A stretch of DNA of 60,771 bases from Patescibacteria group bacterium UBA3531. Lineage in GTDB: Bacteria > Patescibacteriota > Minisyncoccia > Phycocordibacterales > UBA3531. The notes beneath the pieces are model-generated. The model saw only the letters and a list, made by a program, of their open reading frames with translations. It was not told the origin of the DNA and searched no databases. The stretch spans positions 1-60,771 of the forward strand of contig DFOW01000005.1 in the NCBI GenBank assembly GCA_002376885.1, read 5' to 3'. Below, piece by piece: positions 60,562-60,771 of this stretch (the stretch's first letter is position 1; the number at the start of each line of letters is the position of its first letter). The translations under genes and the position numbers were made by a program.

Positions 60562-60771
60562 ATGAAAAAGGCAACCCTTGATCAGGGAATGAAAATCCTC
60601 GAGCTTTTCAGAGAGGTGCCGTGTGAGCAGGTACAGAGCCTGCTCTCGTCGGGTCTCCTCGCCGACCTTCGTGATGGCAACATCGCGAGAGTCGACAGGA
60701 ACGCGTTTCGGGAGATGGTGGGGCTTGCGCCCTTCGATCTTCCTCTCCTCGCACCGCTCGAGCAGATCCCC
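60562..60771 (+). CDS. hypothetical protein, GC-rich, 3'-truncated by the window edge (cassette G)
   Basis: ATG at 60562 after AGGAAAGG; MKKATLDQGMKILELFREVPCEQVQSLLSSGLLADLRDG...; the composition jumps to GC-rich. Confidence 0.55.
   Translation, partial: MKKATLDQGMKILELFREVPCEQVQSLLSSGLLADLRDGNIARVDRNAFREMVGLAPFDLPLLAPLEQIP

Noticed and set aside
1-60771. CRISPR arrays, rRNA genes, transposases and prophage blocks
   Set aside because: I saw no regularly spaced direct repeats, rRNA signatures, transposase-like ORFs or phage structural gene runs anywhere in the window.

Overview
This 60.8-kb window is a gene-dense, A+T-rich stretch of bacterial chromosome, roughly 40% G+C by my spot counts. 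No database search was run; every functional call rests on motifs read by eye.

Gene content and reduced domain architectures fit a CPR/Patescibacteria (Parcubacteria-like) genome, which is an inference. Supporting signs are a short trigger factor, short YebC and PcrA, PG-binding surface proteins, a T4SS-pilin cluster and a LAGLIDADG-like ORF abutting a tRNA.

The window spans the classical origin neighbourhood rpmH-rnpA-yidD-yidC <> dnaA-dnaN, with DnaA boxes. Core genes are nusA, ppa, tig, clpP, rny, hup, cca, a Xer-type recombinase, rpsO, pnp, comM, pcrA, rsmA, a class A PBP, tyrS, ruvC, yebC and ruvB. There are four tRNAs (Trp, Pro, Gly, Arg). An ~11-kb VirB4/VirB6/PrgI/T4SS-pilin cluster (38.4-49.5 kb) has no relaxase or coupling protein.

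The unusual features are:
1. At least seven short G+C-rich (~60%) expression cassettes sit in intergenic gaps between housekeeping genes. Most have an A+T-rich TTGACA-type promoter, and each has a GGAG-type RBS (weak for cassettes D and E) and a GC-rich hairpin terminator. Products include a C39-like peptidase, a J-domain protein, a proteobacterial-type type IV pilin, a PEP-CTERM-like mini-protein and several unknowns.
2. A complete type III hammerhead ribozyme lies at 30973-31039, just downstream of one cassette.
3. A ~125-nt three-stem RNA motif recurs (26671-26796 and 33270-33392, with a possible divergent third copy at 60294-60458). Junction nucleotides are conserved while stem sequences differ. 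It occupies the same post-cassette position as the hammerhead.
4. Other GC-rich structured non-coding segments are present. These include a ~370-nt promoter-to-terminator RNA upstream of rpsO and tRNA 3'-end scars around tRNA-Gly and tRNA-Trp.
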